From: Nitrospirota bacterium
GTDB taxonomy: Bacteria; Nitrospirota; UBA9217
DNA length: 64,000 nucleotides
Direction of reading: 5' to 3'
NCBI GenBank assembly: GCA_035625205.1
Contig: DASPQB010000253.1
Span: forward strand, 4,930 to 68,929
Below, in pieces: positions 28,245 to 36,996 of this stretch. A model generated the notes under the pieces. That model made no database searches. It was not told the origin of the DNA and saw nothing but the letters and a program-made list of their open reading frames with translations. Position 1 is the stretch's first letter; every line of letters starts with the position of its first letter. The position numbers were made by a program, and so were the translations under genes.

Positions 28245-29090
28245 TTACTCTCTCACCTCATACCCCACCGTACTTTCCGCCCACAGCGAGGGATCGAGGT
28301 CTGACAGCTCTTTCATCAGATCAGTAATTGTGGGGTTTTCCAGGGATTTGTCGGCAAGGAGCGATGTTTTTTCTTTCGTGGCGATCACGAGTACAGATTC
28401 GATAGATTGTTTTACTCCCTTGGGTGTCTTCACCTTAAGCCGGAGCCCCCGGTCCCTGGTAGTGTTATCGGGGAATATGAACTCTGTTTCCCCGGCCAGA
28501 GCAGCCTTCTGCTGCTTAACGTAAGAATTCGGATAGAGTTTGCTTACGTTCCCGTACTGGTCCACGCTGAAAAGCTGGAGGAATGCGTCTTCATTGGTAG
28601 TGATCCGAATCTGAATCTCGTCATTATTCTGGAAGACTGGGCTCTTTGCCGCAAGATCCATGTCCGGCCTCTGTACCGAAGCCGATGTGATCGAGAAATT
28701 CCCTTTTCTTTCGATATTGAGCGGCTTTATGGATGCCTTAATCTTGGCAACGCACAGAAAACGCCCATCCGCAATTTTACAGGAGTTATCCAGAAGTTGT
28801 TCCTGGACGATAATCCCCTTGGTCGCCGTCCTTACCAGATCGTTGATAAGGATATTATTGTACACGACCGATGAACCACGCACCTCTATCCCCGTCGCTT
28901 TTTCAAGTGCATCCCTGCGAGCGTTGTTCAAGGCCGTGACCTTGCCTTGGGACATGGTAGCGTCCTCTCCCAGATTCGCCTGTCCTTCGCCTTCTACCAC
29001 TTTTAACTCGTCAGCGGCAAAGAGCGGTGATAAGATCATGAAAAATACTACTATGAGGAACAGCAGTCTGAGAATTATAGTCTTCGTCAT
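28245..29090 (-). CDS. Secreted LPP20-like N-terminal domain + DUF4384-like C-terminal domain protein
   Basis: RBS AAGGGAG before the ATG. Signal peptide MTKTIILRLLFLIVVFFMILSPLFAADE. N-terminal GEGQANLGEDATMSQGKVTALNNARRDALEKATGIEV resembles LPP20/FlgP. C-terminal DEIQIRITTNEDAFLQLFSVDQYGNVSKLYPN ... FIFPD ... VLVIATKE resembles the DUF4384 pattern. Confidence 0.55.
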   Translation of the reverse strand: MTKTIILRLLFLIVVFFMILSPLFAADELKVVEGEGQANLGEDATMSQGKVTALNNARRDALEKATGIEVRGSSVVYNNILINDLVRTATKGIIVQEQLLDNSCKIADGRFLCVAKIKASIKPLNIERKGNFSITSASVQRPDMDLAAKSPVFQNNDEIQIRITTNEDAFLQLFSVDQYGNVSKLYPNSYVKQQKAALAGETEFIFPDNTTRDRGLRLKVKTPKGVKQSIESVLVIATKEKTSLLADKSLENPTITDLMKELSDLDPSLWAESTVGYEVRE

Positions 29091-29164
29091 ATTATGCTCC
29101 CTTGGTCATGAATGATACACAAGATTTCCAATCTAAACAAACCGTTAATGATTGTATATCACGT

Positions 29165-29761
29165 TCAGCCGTTCAAAAGCCTGACCACGGCCATCTCGTC
29201 GTCAAAGTAGTCGATAACGTTCATCGCACCAAATGCCTGGTCTATCCGGAACAGGTTTCTCATGTCCAAGCCAAGTGCATCCGCCAGGATCACGCGGTTC
29301 ACGCCGCCGTGGAGCAGCATGGCGATTTCCTGGCCAGGATGTGATGAGAGCAAGTTCCTGAAAACAGGCAAGATCCGGTTCTTGACATCCAGCAGACACT
29401 CTCCACCCGGCGGCCGGTAGTTCAAGAGATCAGCACGCCAGAGAAGGTATTCATCGGGAAAACGGGCCTTGATCTCTTCACCAGTCAATCCTTCCCATGC
29501 GCCTACGCTCCGCTCCCGCAGTTCACGCAGCGGTAGGTACGGTTTTCCGATTCGCCGGGAAATAATATCTGCGCCTTTTTGCGAGCGTAGGAGATCGCTG
29601 GAATAGACCGCCGAAATATTCTTACTCTCAAGCAATCCCGCAAGCCGGTGCATTTGCTGGACGCCATTTTCTGTTATATCAACATCGATGTGGCCGTTGT
29701 ATCGTTTCTCGCCATCGTTTGCCACTTCTCCGTGGCGCATTAGGTAGACCTTCGTCTGCAT
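29165..29761 (-). CDS. cobC: Histidine phosphatase family protein (alpha-ribazole phosphatase CobC-like)
   Basis: LMRHGE catalytic motif at the N-terminus, ~198 aa. Sits immediately after cobS in the cobU-cobT-cobS cluster. Confidence 0.7.
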   Translation of the reverse strand: MQTKVYLMRHGEVANDGEKRYNGHIDVDITENGVQQMHRLAGLLESKNISAVYSSDLLRSQKGADIISRRIGKPYLPLRELRERSVGAWEGLTGEEIKARFPDEYLLWRADLLNYRPPGGECLLDVKNRILPVFRNLLSSHPGQEIAMLLHGGVNRVILADALGLDMRNLFRIDQAFGAMNVIDYFDDEMAVVRLLNG

Positions 29762-29765
29762 GGTG

Positions 29766-30536
29766 TTAGCTTCCGTTCGAAAAAATCACGAAGATAAAAA
29801 ATACCAATACTTCGTTCAGTTCGCTTATGGCGCCGATTGCATCACCTGTAATTCCGCCGAGCTTTCGAACCAGATACCATCTTCCAAGGTAGCTTGTCAG
29901 CACGACACTGATAATCAGGCTAAAGAAAAGCACTACGGACCTGACATCCTCACGTACGACAACGAATGCTGTCAGGCTGGTGGCTATCGCGGAAACCACG
30001 GCAAAACTGTTGGCTCTCAGGTGTCCGACAAATGCCTTACCCATCCCGTGGTCGCGTCCGTATTTCGTGCCAAACACCATGAATGTCTGCGCCCAGCGGG
30101 CGAGCGCTGGTGCTGTAAGCAGCGCCGCTATCTTTTCGCTGGCATAGAGGTTGTTGAGACATAGATATTTCAGGGAGAGGACACAGAGTATGCCGAGGAC
30201 GCCGGCTGTCCCAAGCCTGCTATCCTTCATGATCGAAAGCCGGGTCGTGTGGTCATGGCCTCCCATGAGACCGTCGAGCGTGTCCGCCAGACCGTCGATA
30301 TGAAGGGCGCGCGTTACCAGGACAGAGATCACGAGGAGCAACAAGTTCGCGATGTTTTGAGGCAGGACGATGATGGCGAACGCTTTATCCGCGTAAACCA
30401 GAATAACACCGATAAGGAAACCAACCAGCGGGAAATAGACCATGGATTTCGCCAAGTTCCCTTCCTCGATACGGTGGTCCTTCTTTACGGTAACTGCAGT
30501 GAGAAACTGCAATGCGGTAATAAAATTTTTGATCAT
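29766..30536 (-). CDS. cobS: Adenosylcobinamide-GDP ribazoletransferase (cobalamin synthase)
   Basis: 256-aa polytopic membrane protein with the YFPLVG motif. Conserved position between cobT and cobC. Confidence 0.8.
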   Translation of the reverse strand: MIKNFITALQFLTAVTVKKDHRIEEGNLAKSMVYFPLVGFLIGVILVYADKAFAIIVLPQNIANLLLLVISVLVTRALHIDGLADTLDGLMGGHDHTTRLSIMKDSRLGTAGVLGILCVLSLKYLCLNNLYASEKIAALLTAPALARWAQTFMVFGTKYGRDHGMGKAFVGHLRANSFAVVSAIATSLTAFVVVREDVRSVVLFFSLIISVVLTSYLGRWYLVRKLGGITGDAIGAISELNEVLVFFIFVIFSNGS

Positions 30537-30704
30537 CGCTCGGTCAACCTGGGGAAATCAATCCTAATAGAAGAACGACTAACAAAGCTTCGTATGCCGA
30601 AGCCCGTGACTTTGTTGTGCACACAGCTGATCAGTCCCGACCTGGCAGAAACCTGCAGTAATGCAGGTTAGGCCCTGGCGTGTCCGGCGCTGTATGGATG
30701 TTCT

Positions 30705-31775
30705 CTATTTTCTTACCGCCCCTTCGCTCTTCTCAGCCACGCCGGCACCGGCAAAGGTCGCCATCTCGCCGAGAATTTTCACACCGGCTTCCACAATCGA
30801 CATCCCCAGCGCGGCGCCCGTGCCTTCACCGAGTCTGAGGTTCAGATCGAGGAGCGGCACCTGCTCCAGGTGATCAAGCATTTTGCGGTGGCCGATCTCG
30901 ACGGACCGGTGTGCAGCGATGATATAGCCTTTCACCAGCGGGTTCAGCTCCGCAGCAATGAGAGCGCCAGCCGTGGAGATAAACCCATCGACGACAACCG
31001 GGACCTTGTACAACGCGGCGCCAAGCACAAGACCCGCGATGCCTCCAATTTCGTAACCGCCGACTTTGGCCAGCACGTCGAGTGCGTCATTGGGATCGGG
31101 GTTGTTCACGGTTATCGCCTTTTTGATAACTGCGACCTTGTTTCGCAGCGATTGATCGCTGATGCCGGTGCCGCGGCCGGTCACCTTATCCGGCTCAGTT
31201 CCGGTGAGGACGGACACGATTGCCGACGACGGCGTCGTGTTACCGATGCCCATGTCCCCGGTACCGAGCAGGTCAAGACCGTCCTTATATTTTTCGACCA
31301 GCTCGATTCCGGCGAGCACAGCACGCTCTGCCTCTTCACGCGTCATGGCCGGTCCCTTGGCCATGTTCCTCGTCCCGCGGCCGATCTTCCTGATCTCGAG
31401 CCCTTCTCTGGGCTCGAAGTCGAAGTCGACGCCCATGTCGACAACAATCACCCGCGCTCCTACGTGCTTTGCAAGCACGTTCACGCCTGCGCCGCCACGG
31501 AGGAAATTCAAAACCATCTGGGGTGTCACTTCCTTCGGATAAGCACTCACATTCTCTTCGGTCACCCCGTGGTCGCCGGCAAACGTAAAAATGATTTTAT
31601 TCTTGATATGCGGTTTGTCCCTGCCGGTTATTAAACAGTATTTCTTAGCAAGCTCTTCGAGCCTGCCAAGGCTTCCCTGCGGTTTCGTCAAGTCGTCAAG
31701 CTGCGCTTGGATGGCAGTGGATCGTGAAGTATCAACGGGTTGGATTTTTTTTAATATGTCCTGCAGTTTTCCCAC
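30705..31775 (-). CDS. cobT: Nicotinate-nucleotide--dimethylbenzimidazole phosphoribosyltransferase
   Basis: 356 aa with the [11 protein letters not shown] signature and conserved CobT core. Confidence 0.85.
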   Translation of the reverse strand: MGKLQDILKKIQPVDTSRSTAIQAQLDDLTKPQGSLGRLEELAKKYCLITGRDKPHIKNKIIFTFAGDHGVTEENVSAYPKEVTPQMVLNFLRGGAGVNVLAKHVGARVIVVDMGVDFDFEPREGLEIRKIGRGTRNMAKGPAMTREEAERAVLAGIELVEKYKDGLDLLGTGDMGIGNTTPSSAIVSVLTGTEPDKVTGRGTGISDQSLRNKVAVIKKAITVNNPDPNDALDVLAKVGGYEIGGIAGLVLGAALYKVPVVVDGFISTAGALIAAELNPLVKGYIIAAHRSVEIGHRKMLDHLEQVPLLDLNLRLGEGTGAALGMSIVEAGVKILGEMATFAGAGVAEKSEGAVRK

Positions 31776-31927
31776 GTTTGTTGCCTCCTTATTTTTTTCT
31801 CCGTATTGACCTTATTGTTGAGCGTGCCGCTTAATCCGAAGATTCGACTGGCCAGCCGACGATCACACCAACGCAATCTGAGACCTGCGACTGCCGTAAC
31901 GGTTCCTACTCGTATTCCACAAACGCA

Positions 31928-32449
31928 TCACTTTATCTTCAACGGAATCCCCGACGCAATAAAATAAACTTCATCCGACGCTTGCGCTACCTTCTGGTTC
32001 AGGATACCTGCAAAATCGCGATATTTCCGCGCAAGCGGATTATCAGGAACGATCCCGAGACCGACTTCGTTCGATACGACAATGCACACGCCACTGAAGC
32101 CCTTTGCCGCTTCAACCAACTCGTCCGATCGTGTAACAACAGCTCCGTCCCCCTCGGAGTGGGCCATGACATTGCTCAGCCAGAGCGTGAGACAATCGAG
32201 GAGCACTATCTGGTACCGATTCGCAAACTTTCGCAGAAGTTCAGCCACAGCCAGCGGTTCCTCGAATGTGTCCCAGGCATTGCCACGTTTTATCCTGTGG
32301 TTCTCAATCCTGGCTAACATCTCCGCGTCAAGGGCTTGTGCTGTGGCGATGTAGGCCCGTTTGCCGGTCATATCGAGAGCCACCTTCTCTGCAAAGGAGG
32401 ACTTTCCCGATCGGGCCCCCCCGGTTATGAAATATAGTTTATGTGCCAT
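31928..32449 (-). CDS. cobU: Bifunctional adenosylcobinamide kinase / adenosylcobinamide-phosphate guanylyltransferase
   Basis: 173 aa. P-loop GGARSGKSSFAE. Size and motifs match CobU/CobP. Confidence 0.85.
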   Translation of the reverse strand: MAHKLYFITGGARSGKSSFAEKVALDMTGKRAYIATAQALDAEMLARIENHRIKRGNAWDTFEEPLAVAELLRKFANRYQIVLLDCLTLWLSNVMAHSEGDGAVVTRSDELVEAAKGFSGVCIVVSNEVGLGIVPDNPLARKYRDFAGILNQKVAQASDEVYFIASGIPLKIK

Positions 32450-32534
32450 AATAACGTATCAGTCATAGACAAAAAAACCCTACCTTTTATATCAGGCAGG
32501 GGTCATTCGTGCGTGAAAAATAGTAATGCAAAAA

Positions 32535-32610
32535 TGGAGCGGGCGACGGGTCTCGAACCCGCGACCCCAAGCTTGGGAAGCTTGTACTCTACCAGCTGAG
32601 CTACGCCCGC
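32535..32610 (-). tRNA. tRNA-Gly (anticodon CCC)
   Basis: Minus-strand sequence GCGGGCGTAGCTCAGCTGGTAGAGTACAAGCTTCCCAAGCTTGGGGTCGCGGGTTCGAGACCCGTCGCCCGCTCCA. Perfect 7-bp acceptor stem, D arm, anticodon stem CAAGC/GCTTG with loop TTCCCAA, T arm GTTCGAGAC, encoded CCA. Confidence 0.85.
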
Positions 32611-32673
32611 TTTCGGAAATTATTATAGCGGCAGGCCCTCGTGTTGTCAATCAAAAAACCCAGCATTATGACG

Positions 32674-33243
32674 CTACAGGATGGCTTTAATGTCTCTCTC
32701 CACGTCTTGATCGCTTCCGAACCCGAGATAGCGTTTTACGACTTTCCCTTCTTTATCAATCACCACAAGCATCGGGATCGAACGCACCTGATATTTTTCC
32801 GCAACATCATCGTTACCTTTGAGTACCGTGTACTTAATACCGTTTTCCTTGACAAAAGACTGAACTGCATCCCATCCGCTGTCATCCATTGATACGGTAA
32901 GCACAACAACGCCCTTATCTTTATACTTTTCATAGAGTCTTTCAATACCCGGGATCGATGCACGACATGGCGGACACCACGTGGCCCAAAACTCAAGCAG
33001 GACGACTCTTCCTTTCATATCCGAGAGCGCCACGTTTTTCCCTCCGTTCAGATCCTGAAGGGTAAAGTCGGTGGCCATGGTTCCCCTCGATTTCGGCACC
33101 TTATCCGTGCAGCTGAACAGCAGCACAAGGAAGGCTGATACTGCTAATATTTTTCCGGCCATCGTCAGGATCTCCTTCACCTTTCCACGTAAAAAATAAA
33201 AACAAAAAAAGCCCGCCGGAAACGGGCAACCGAAGGTCATCAC
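32674..33243 (-). CDS. TlpA/ResA-like thiol:disulfide oxidoreductase lipoprotein
   Basis: Signal peptide + lipobox (LLFSCTD) and thioredoxin-fold motif WATWCPPC. Confidence 0.75.
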   Translation of the reverse strand: MMTFGCPFPAGFFCFYFLRGKVKEILTMAGKILAVSAFLVLLFSCTDKVPKSRGTMATDFTLQDLNGGKNVALSDMKGRVVLLEFWATWCPPCRASIPGIERLYEKYKDKGVVVLTVSMDDSGWDAVQSFVKENGIKYTVLKGNDDVAEKYQVRSIPMLVVIDKEGKVVKRYLGFGSDQDVERDIKAIL

Positions 33244-33275
33244 GCACCCTGCTCATAGTGCGGTGAAAACGAGTG

Positions 33276-33599
33276 TCACTTTGCCAGCAGTGTGTCTACT
33301 TTGGTTTTAAGCTGCGCTTTCGGTACCGCGCCCACTACTTGGTCAACGGTCTGGCCGTTTTTAAAGAACATGAGGGTCGGAATGCCCATGATGCGGTACT
33401 TACCGGCCACATCGGGGTTCTCATCAGTGTTCAACTTCAACACTTTGAGCTGGCCTTCGTACTCTTTGGAGATTTCGTCCACGATTGGCGCTACCATCCT
33501 GCAGGGACCGCACCAGACCGCCCAAAAATCCACCAGCACAAGGCCGGGCGCTTGCAATACCTCCTGTTCCCATGTCGTACTCGTTACCGCTTCAGCCAT
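33276..33599 (-). CDS. trxA: Thioredoxin
   Basis: 107 aa with WAVWCGPC active site and full thioredoxin fold length. Confidence 0.9.
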   Translation of the reverse strand: MAEAVTSTTWEQEVLQAPGLVLVDFWAVWCGPCRMVAPIVDEISKEYEGQLKVLKLNTDENPDVAGKYRIMGIPTLMFFKNGQTVDQVVGAVPKAQLKTKVDTLLAK

Positions 33600-33620
33600 T
33601 CCTACCTCCTTCTAACTGTT

Positions 33621-33818
33621 TCAGAAAGAATTTTGGACAGTTGTGGTGAGCACCTGCGTTATCGCGCCTTCGGAGCAGACCCGCGGACAGGCGCCGCAAC
33701 CAATGCATTCTATCGTTATCACTGCATGCCCGTCTTGCATCTTGATTGCCGCACTAGGACACACATCACGACAGCTCCCGCATCCCGAACATCTATTTTC
33801 TGCAATACGATACGGCAT
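33621..33818 (-). CDS. 2x[4Fe-4S] ferredoxin
   Basis: 65 aa with two CxxCxxCxxxCP motifs (CSGCGSCRDVCP, CIGCGACPRVC). Confidence 0.7.
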   Translation of the reverse strand: MPYRIAENRCSGCGSCRDVCPSAAIKMQDGHAVITIECIGCGACPRVCSEGAITQVLTTTVQNSF

Positions 33819-33855
33819 ATAACAAACGGTTGTAATATAAACTAAGCACTTATCA

Positions 33856-33884
33856 TTGTCAATAATTTTTACTTATGGCATAAT
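33856..33884 (+). promoter_or_regulatory. Putative sigma70-type promoter of addBA (possibly leaderless transcript)
   Basis: TTGTCA - 17 nt - CATAAT, ending ~8 nt before the addB ATG at 33893. No recognisable Shine-Dalgarno in between. Confidence 0.3.
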
Positions 33885-33892
33885 CACCCTAT

Positions 33893-36800
33893 ATGAAATT
33901 GCTCGTCGTACCGCAGCAAAATGCCGGATGGAAAGAAAAGCGACGCTTATTGGAGGAGATCATCTCTTCTCACCCAAAGCCGCCGTATATCTATAACGAT
34001 GTTCTGATCATCGTCCCCACATCACGCATGAAGCGTGCTTACGGGAGGATGCTTTTGGACATTGTGCAGAGGAAATTTGGCGTTGCTGCACTTGTCCTAC
34101 CCGAGATCCAGACGCTCCACCAGCTCTTCGAACACCTGTATGCTTCTTTGCAGGGTCCCCGCCTCATCGACGAAAACAGCAGAATCATCCTGCTCGAAGG
34201 CATTGTCAAGGGGCACCTCACCAGGGGCCATATCTTCGGCCAGAAACCCGACCTGCTTGCACCTGCGCTCTCCACCGAACTCGCAAAAATGATTGAACAA
34301 TTGTCCGCGGCCGGTGTAAGCGCCGATGATCTTGCCCGCAGGATCACGGCTGAGGATTTTTCAGATAAACAGCAGGTAACGCTGCTCATTGCCGCTTACC
34401 GTGACTATGAAAGAGAGCTTCAGCGCAGGAACATAACAGACCCCGCCGGCATGCGTGCGCACATACGAGACCATGTCGAATCGGGAGCCCTCGCCGGCTA
34501 TACGCGTATCATTCTCGACGGCATTCACGATGCCGGGAGAATCGAAACCGAAATCCTCAGAAAGACGGTTGTTGGGGAGAACTGCACGTGTATCGTGCAG
34601 GCTACCTCCGCGGAGCTTATAACAAAAGCATCGGCATGTCATCCGCTCAGTTTGACGAGAGATTTCCTCTCGCTGCTGGGGACATCTCCTGAGGCGGGCG
34701 GTGATGCACCCGGAACGAGCGAGCTGTTCCTCTCCTCGGTATTGTTCTCGGACAAAGCGTTCAAAACATCAGCCGCGGAGGCGCCCGACCCTCTATCATT
34801 TTCGAAAGACATCAGGTTGCTCTCCGCCGTCAACGCCCGAGAAGAAGTATCGCTCATTGCCTCCAGCGTGAAGCAGTCGCTTAAACAAGGCACACCTCCC
34901 GACTCGATCCTTGTTGCCTTTCCCGGACTCGAAGCGTACGGACCCCTCGTTGAAGAGATTTTTACCGATTACGGTATCCCCTACAACCGCGCCCTCGGCA
35001 GGCAGCTCAGCTCTTCTCCCGTGGCAGCCGCGGTCGTCTCTCTGCTTCAAGCGTGCCAGGAAGACTTCTCCGGCCCGTCATTAGTACGCATATTCAGCTC
35101 AGCATTCCTGAAATTCGGCGAGACCCCGGAGCTTGCCCCTGCGCTTGACAGGCTCATCCGACACTGTCGTATAACGGGCGGCAAGCACAAACTGCTGTCT
35201 GCGCTGAACTATCAGATGCCGGAGGAACAGGGGAATGACATAATCAGCGGGCCGATCAAGGACCTCTTCGACTGCCTCGAACCATTCTCCCGGAATGATA
35301 CGGCCCCGCTTTCGTTATGGATGGAGCGCTTTTCGGATCTCATGACGTGGTCCGGACTCGGCGCACGGGTGGCGCTCATCAAAGGCCCCCTGAGCATCAA
35401 TCTTCAAGCATATAAAAAAATGAAGGACACGCTCTCTTCGCTTGCTCAGGCTGGAAAGTTGTTTCCGGATTATCGATACACGTTCAATGAATGGTATTTC
35501 CTCCTCAAGAAGACGTTTATGCATACCCGCTATCAGGTTCCGCCCGAGGACGAGGGCGGTGTGCAAATCCTAGGGCTCGAAGAAAGCATGGGCTATGCAT
35601 GGAGTGAAATCTATTTCGGCGGTCTGGCCGATGGTGCGTTTCCCCAGCGCCTCCCCCAAAATATATTTTTGCCCGAGCTCATATTGGAAGCCATGGGCGT
35701 GCGGACACTGGAAAAAGCGCGCCTGAACGCGGCCGGTCATTTCTATCGGCTCTTGCTCTCGGCGGACAAGATTACGTTGACTTATCCCGAGAATGAAGGG
35801 GACCGGCCTGTGGTGCCGTCGCCGTTCCTCGAGGAGCTAACGCCTCTCAAGCAGAGCGGTTTAATAAACCGTGGAATCGAGAAGACCTCCGGCATCCAGA
35901 GCAGCTTGATGATCGAGAAGAGTCACAGTATTCCCGAGCTTGCCAAGGCCATCGGTCTTGTAAAAAACGATCAGGGGCTGACGGACCTCCTGAATTCTAG
36001 CATCAGGGGTATGGCCGGTATCGCAGCGGCAATAGCCCATGAGCCACTGGCATCCGCACCTGATGTCCTGCCGAAGCAAAAGCGTTCTTTCTCGGTCACC
36101 GAACTTGATCTCTATCTCCGCTGTCCTTATGATTACCTGGTCACACAGGTCTTAGGCCTTGAACCTCTGGAAGAAGCGACTGAAGATATTTCTCCACTTG
36201 ACCGAGGCAGTAAGGTACACACAATCCTCAAGAATTTTTATCTTACCTGGAGCAAGCCGGTAACGCAAGCGGGCAGAGTTGAGGCACGGATGCTCTTAAA
36301 AAAATTGGCAGACGATGCCTTTGCTGAGGAGGCTGACACCTTTCGCAATCGTCGCGAGAAGGAATTGTTCCTGACCGTCATGGCCGAACGGTTCCTCGAT
36401 GGAGAGGAAGAATTCTGGAAACAGGGGATGAACCCTGCGTATCTGGAACAAAAGATCGATCGCTTCCCCCTCGTCCTTTCGAACGGTGAAGAAGTCGAAC
36501 TCTCTGCCAAAATTGACCGCATTGATGTGGACAATAACGGCAACTTCATTATCGTAGACTACAAAACCGGCAAATACCCTCTGCCGAAAATGACCACCGA
36601 CCAGGACATCTTCCAGCTGCCGGTCTATGCAGTCATGGCTCAGTCAGCGTTAAAAGGCTCCGGTCCGGAGCTTACTAAACCCATTGGACTTGCGTACTAT
36701 GATCTCGCGGGCAAAACCGATGCAGGCGCACGCGATGTAGTTCTCTATAATAAAGAGGAACGCGACGATCATCCGTCGTCAAAGCCGAAAGCAAGCTCCA

Positions 36801-36964
36801 AGCGCGCTGAAGAGTTCGATGCAATTTTGAAGCAGAGCATGGTTAAAACGCGGAAGGCAATAGAGGGAATCCTCGCAGGAGAGTTTAGTTCAAACCCACA
36901 AGACGAAAATAGGTGTCGATACTGCCCTCTTGGAATGATGTGTGAGAAAGGTGAAACGCCCTGA
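33893..36964 (+). CDS. addB: AddB/RexB-like helicase-nuclease subunit B (PD-(D/E)XK iron-staple nuclease, degenerate Walker A)
   Basis: 1023 aa. C-terminal nuclease motifs IDRIDVDNNGNFIIVDYKTGK and cysteines RCPYDY ... CRYCPLGMMC (iron-staple). Sits immediately upstream of addA. Confidence 0.7.
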   Translation: MKLLVVPQQNAGWKEKRRLLEEIISSHPKPPYIYNDVLIIVPTSRMKRAYGRMLLDIVQRKFGVAALVLPEIQTLHQLFEHLYASLQGPRLIDENSRIILLEGIVKGHLTRGHIFGQKPDLLAPALSTELAKMIEQLSAAGVSADDLARRITAEDFSDKQQVTLLIAAYRDYERELQRRNITDPAGMRAHIRDHVESGALAGYTRIILDGIHDAGRIETEILRKTVVGENCTCIVQATSAELITKASACHPLSLTRDFLSLLGTSPEAGGDAPGTSELFLSSVLFSDKAFKTSAAEAPDPLSFSKDIRLLSAVNAREEVSLIASSVKQSLKQGTPPDSILVAFPGLEAYGPLVEEIFTDYGIPYNRALGRQLSSSPVAAAVVSLLQACQEDFSGPSLVRIFSSAFLKFGETPELAPALDRLIRHCRITGGKHKLLSALNYQMPEEQGNDIISGPIKDLFDCLEPFSRNDTAPLSLWMERFSDLMTWSGLGARVALIKGPLSINLQAYKKMKDTLSSLAQAGKLFPDYRYTFNEWYFLLKKTFMHTRYQVPPEDEGGVQILGLEESMGYAWSEIYFGGLADGAFPQRLPQNIFLPELILEAMGVRTLEKARLNAAGHFYRLLLSADKITLTYPENEGDRPVVPSPFLEELTPLKQSGLINRGIEKTSGIQSSLMIEKSHSIPELAKAIGLVKNDQGLTDLLNSSIRGMAGIAAAIAHEPLASAPDVLPKQKRSFSVTELDLYLRCPYDYLVTQVLGLEPLEEATEDISPLDRGSKVHTILKNFYLTWSKPVTQAGRVEARMLLKKLADDAFAEEADTFRNRREKELFLTVMAERFLDGEEEFWKQGMNPAYLEQKIDRFPLVLSNGEEVELSAKIDRIDVDNNGNFIIVDYKTGKYPLPKMTTDQDIFQLPVYAVMAQSALKGSGPELTKPIGLAYYDLAGKTDAGARDVVLYNKEERDDHPSSKPKASSKRAEEFDAILKQSMVKTRKAIEGILAGEFSSNPQDENRCRYCPLGMMCEKGETP

Positions 36965-36996
36965 GGGGTTGTGCAACGACTATCCGTGACAAGAAC

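Noticed and set aside
32450-32534. Cobalamin riboswitch upstream of cobU
   Set aside because: Only ~85 nt separate cobU from the tRNA-Gly gene, too short for a B12 aptamer, and no B12-box was seen.
33273-33845. 190-aa plus-strand ORF spanning the thioredoxin and ferredoxin genes
   Set aside because: Opposite-strand overlap of two strongly supported small genes (WCGPC thioredoxin, 2x CxxCxxCxxxCP ferredoxin). No family similarity.
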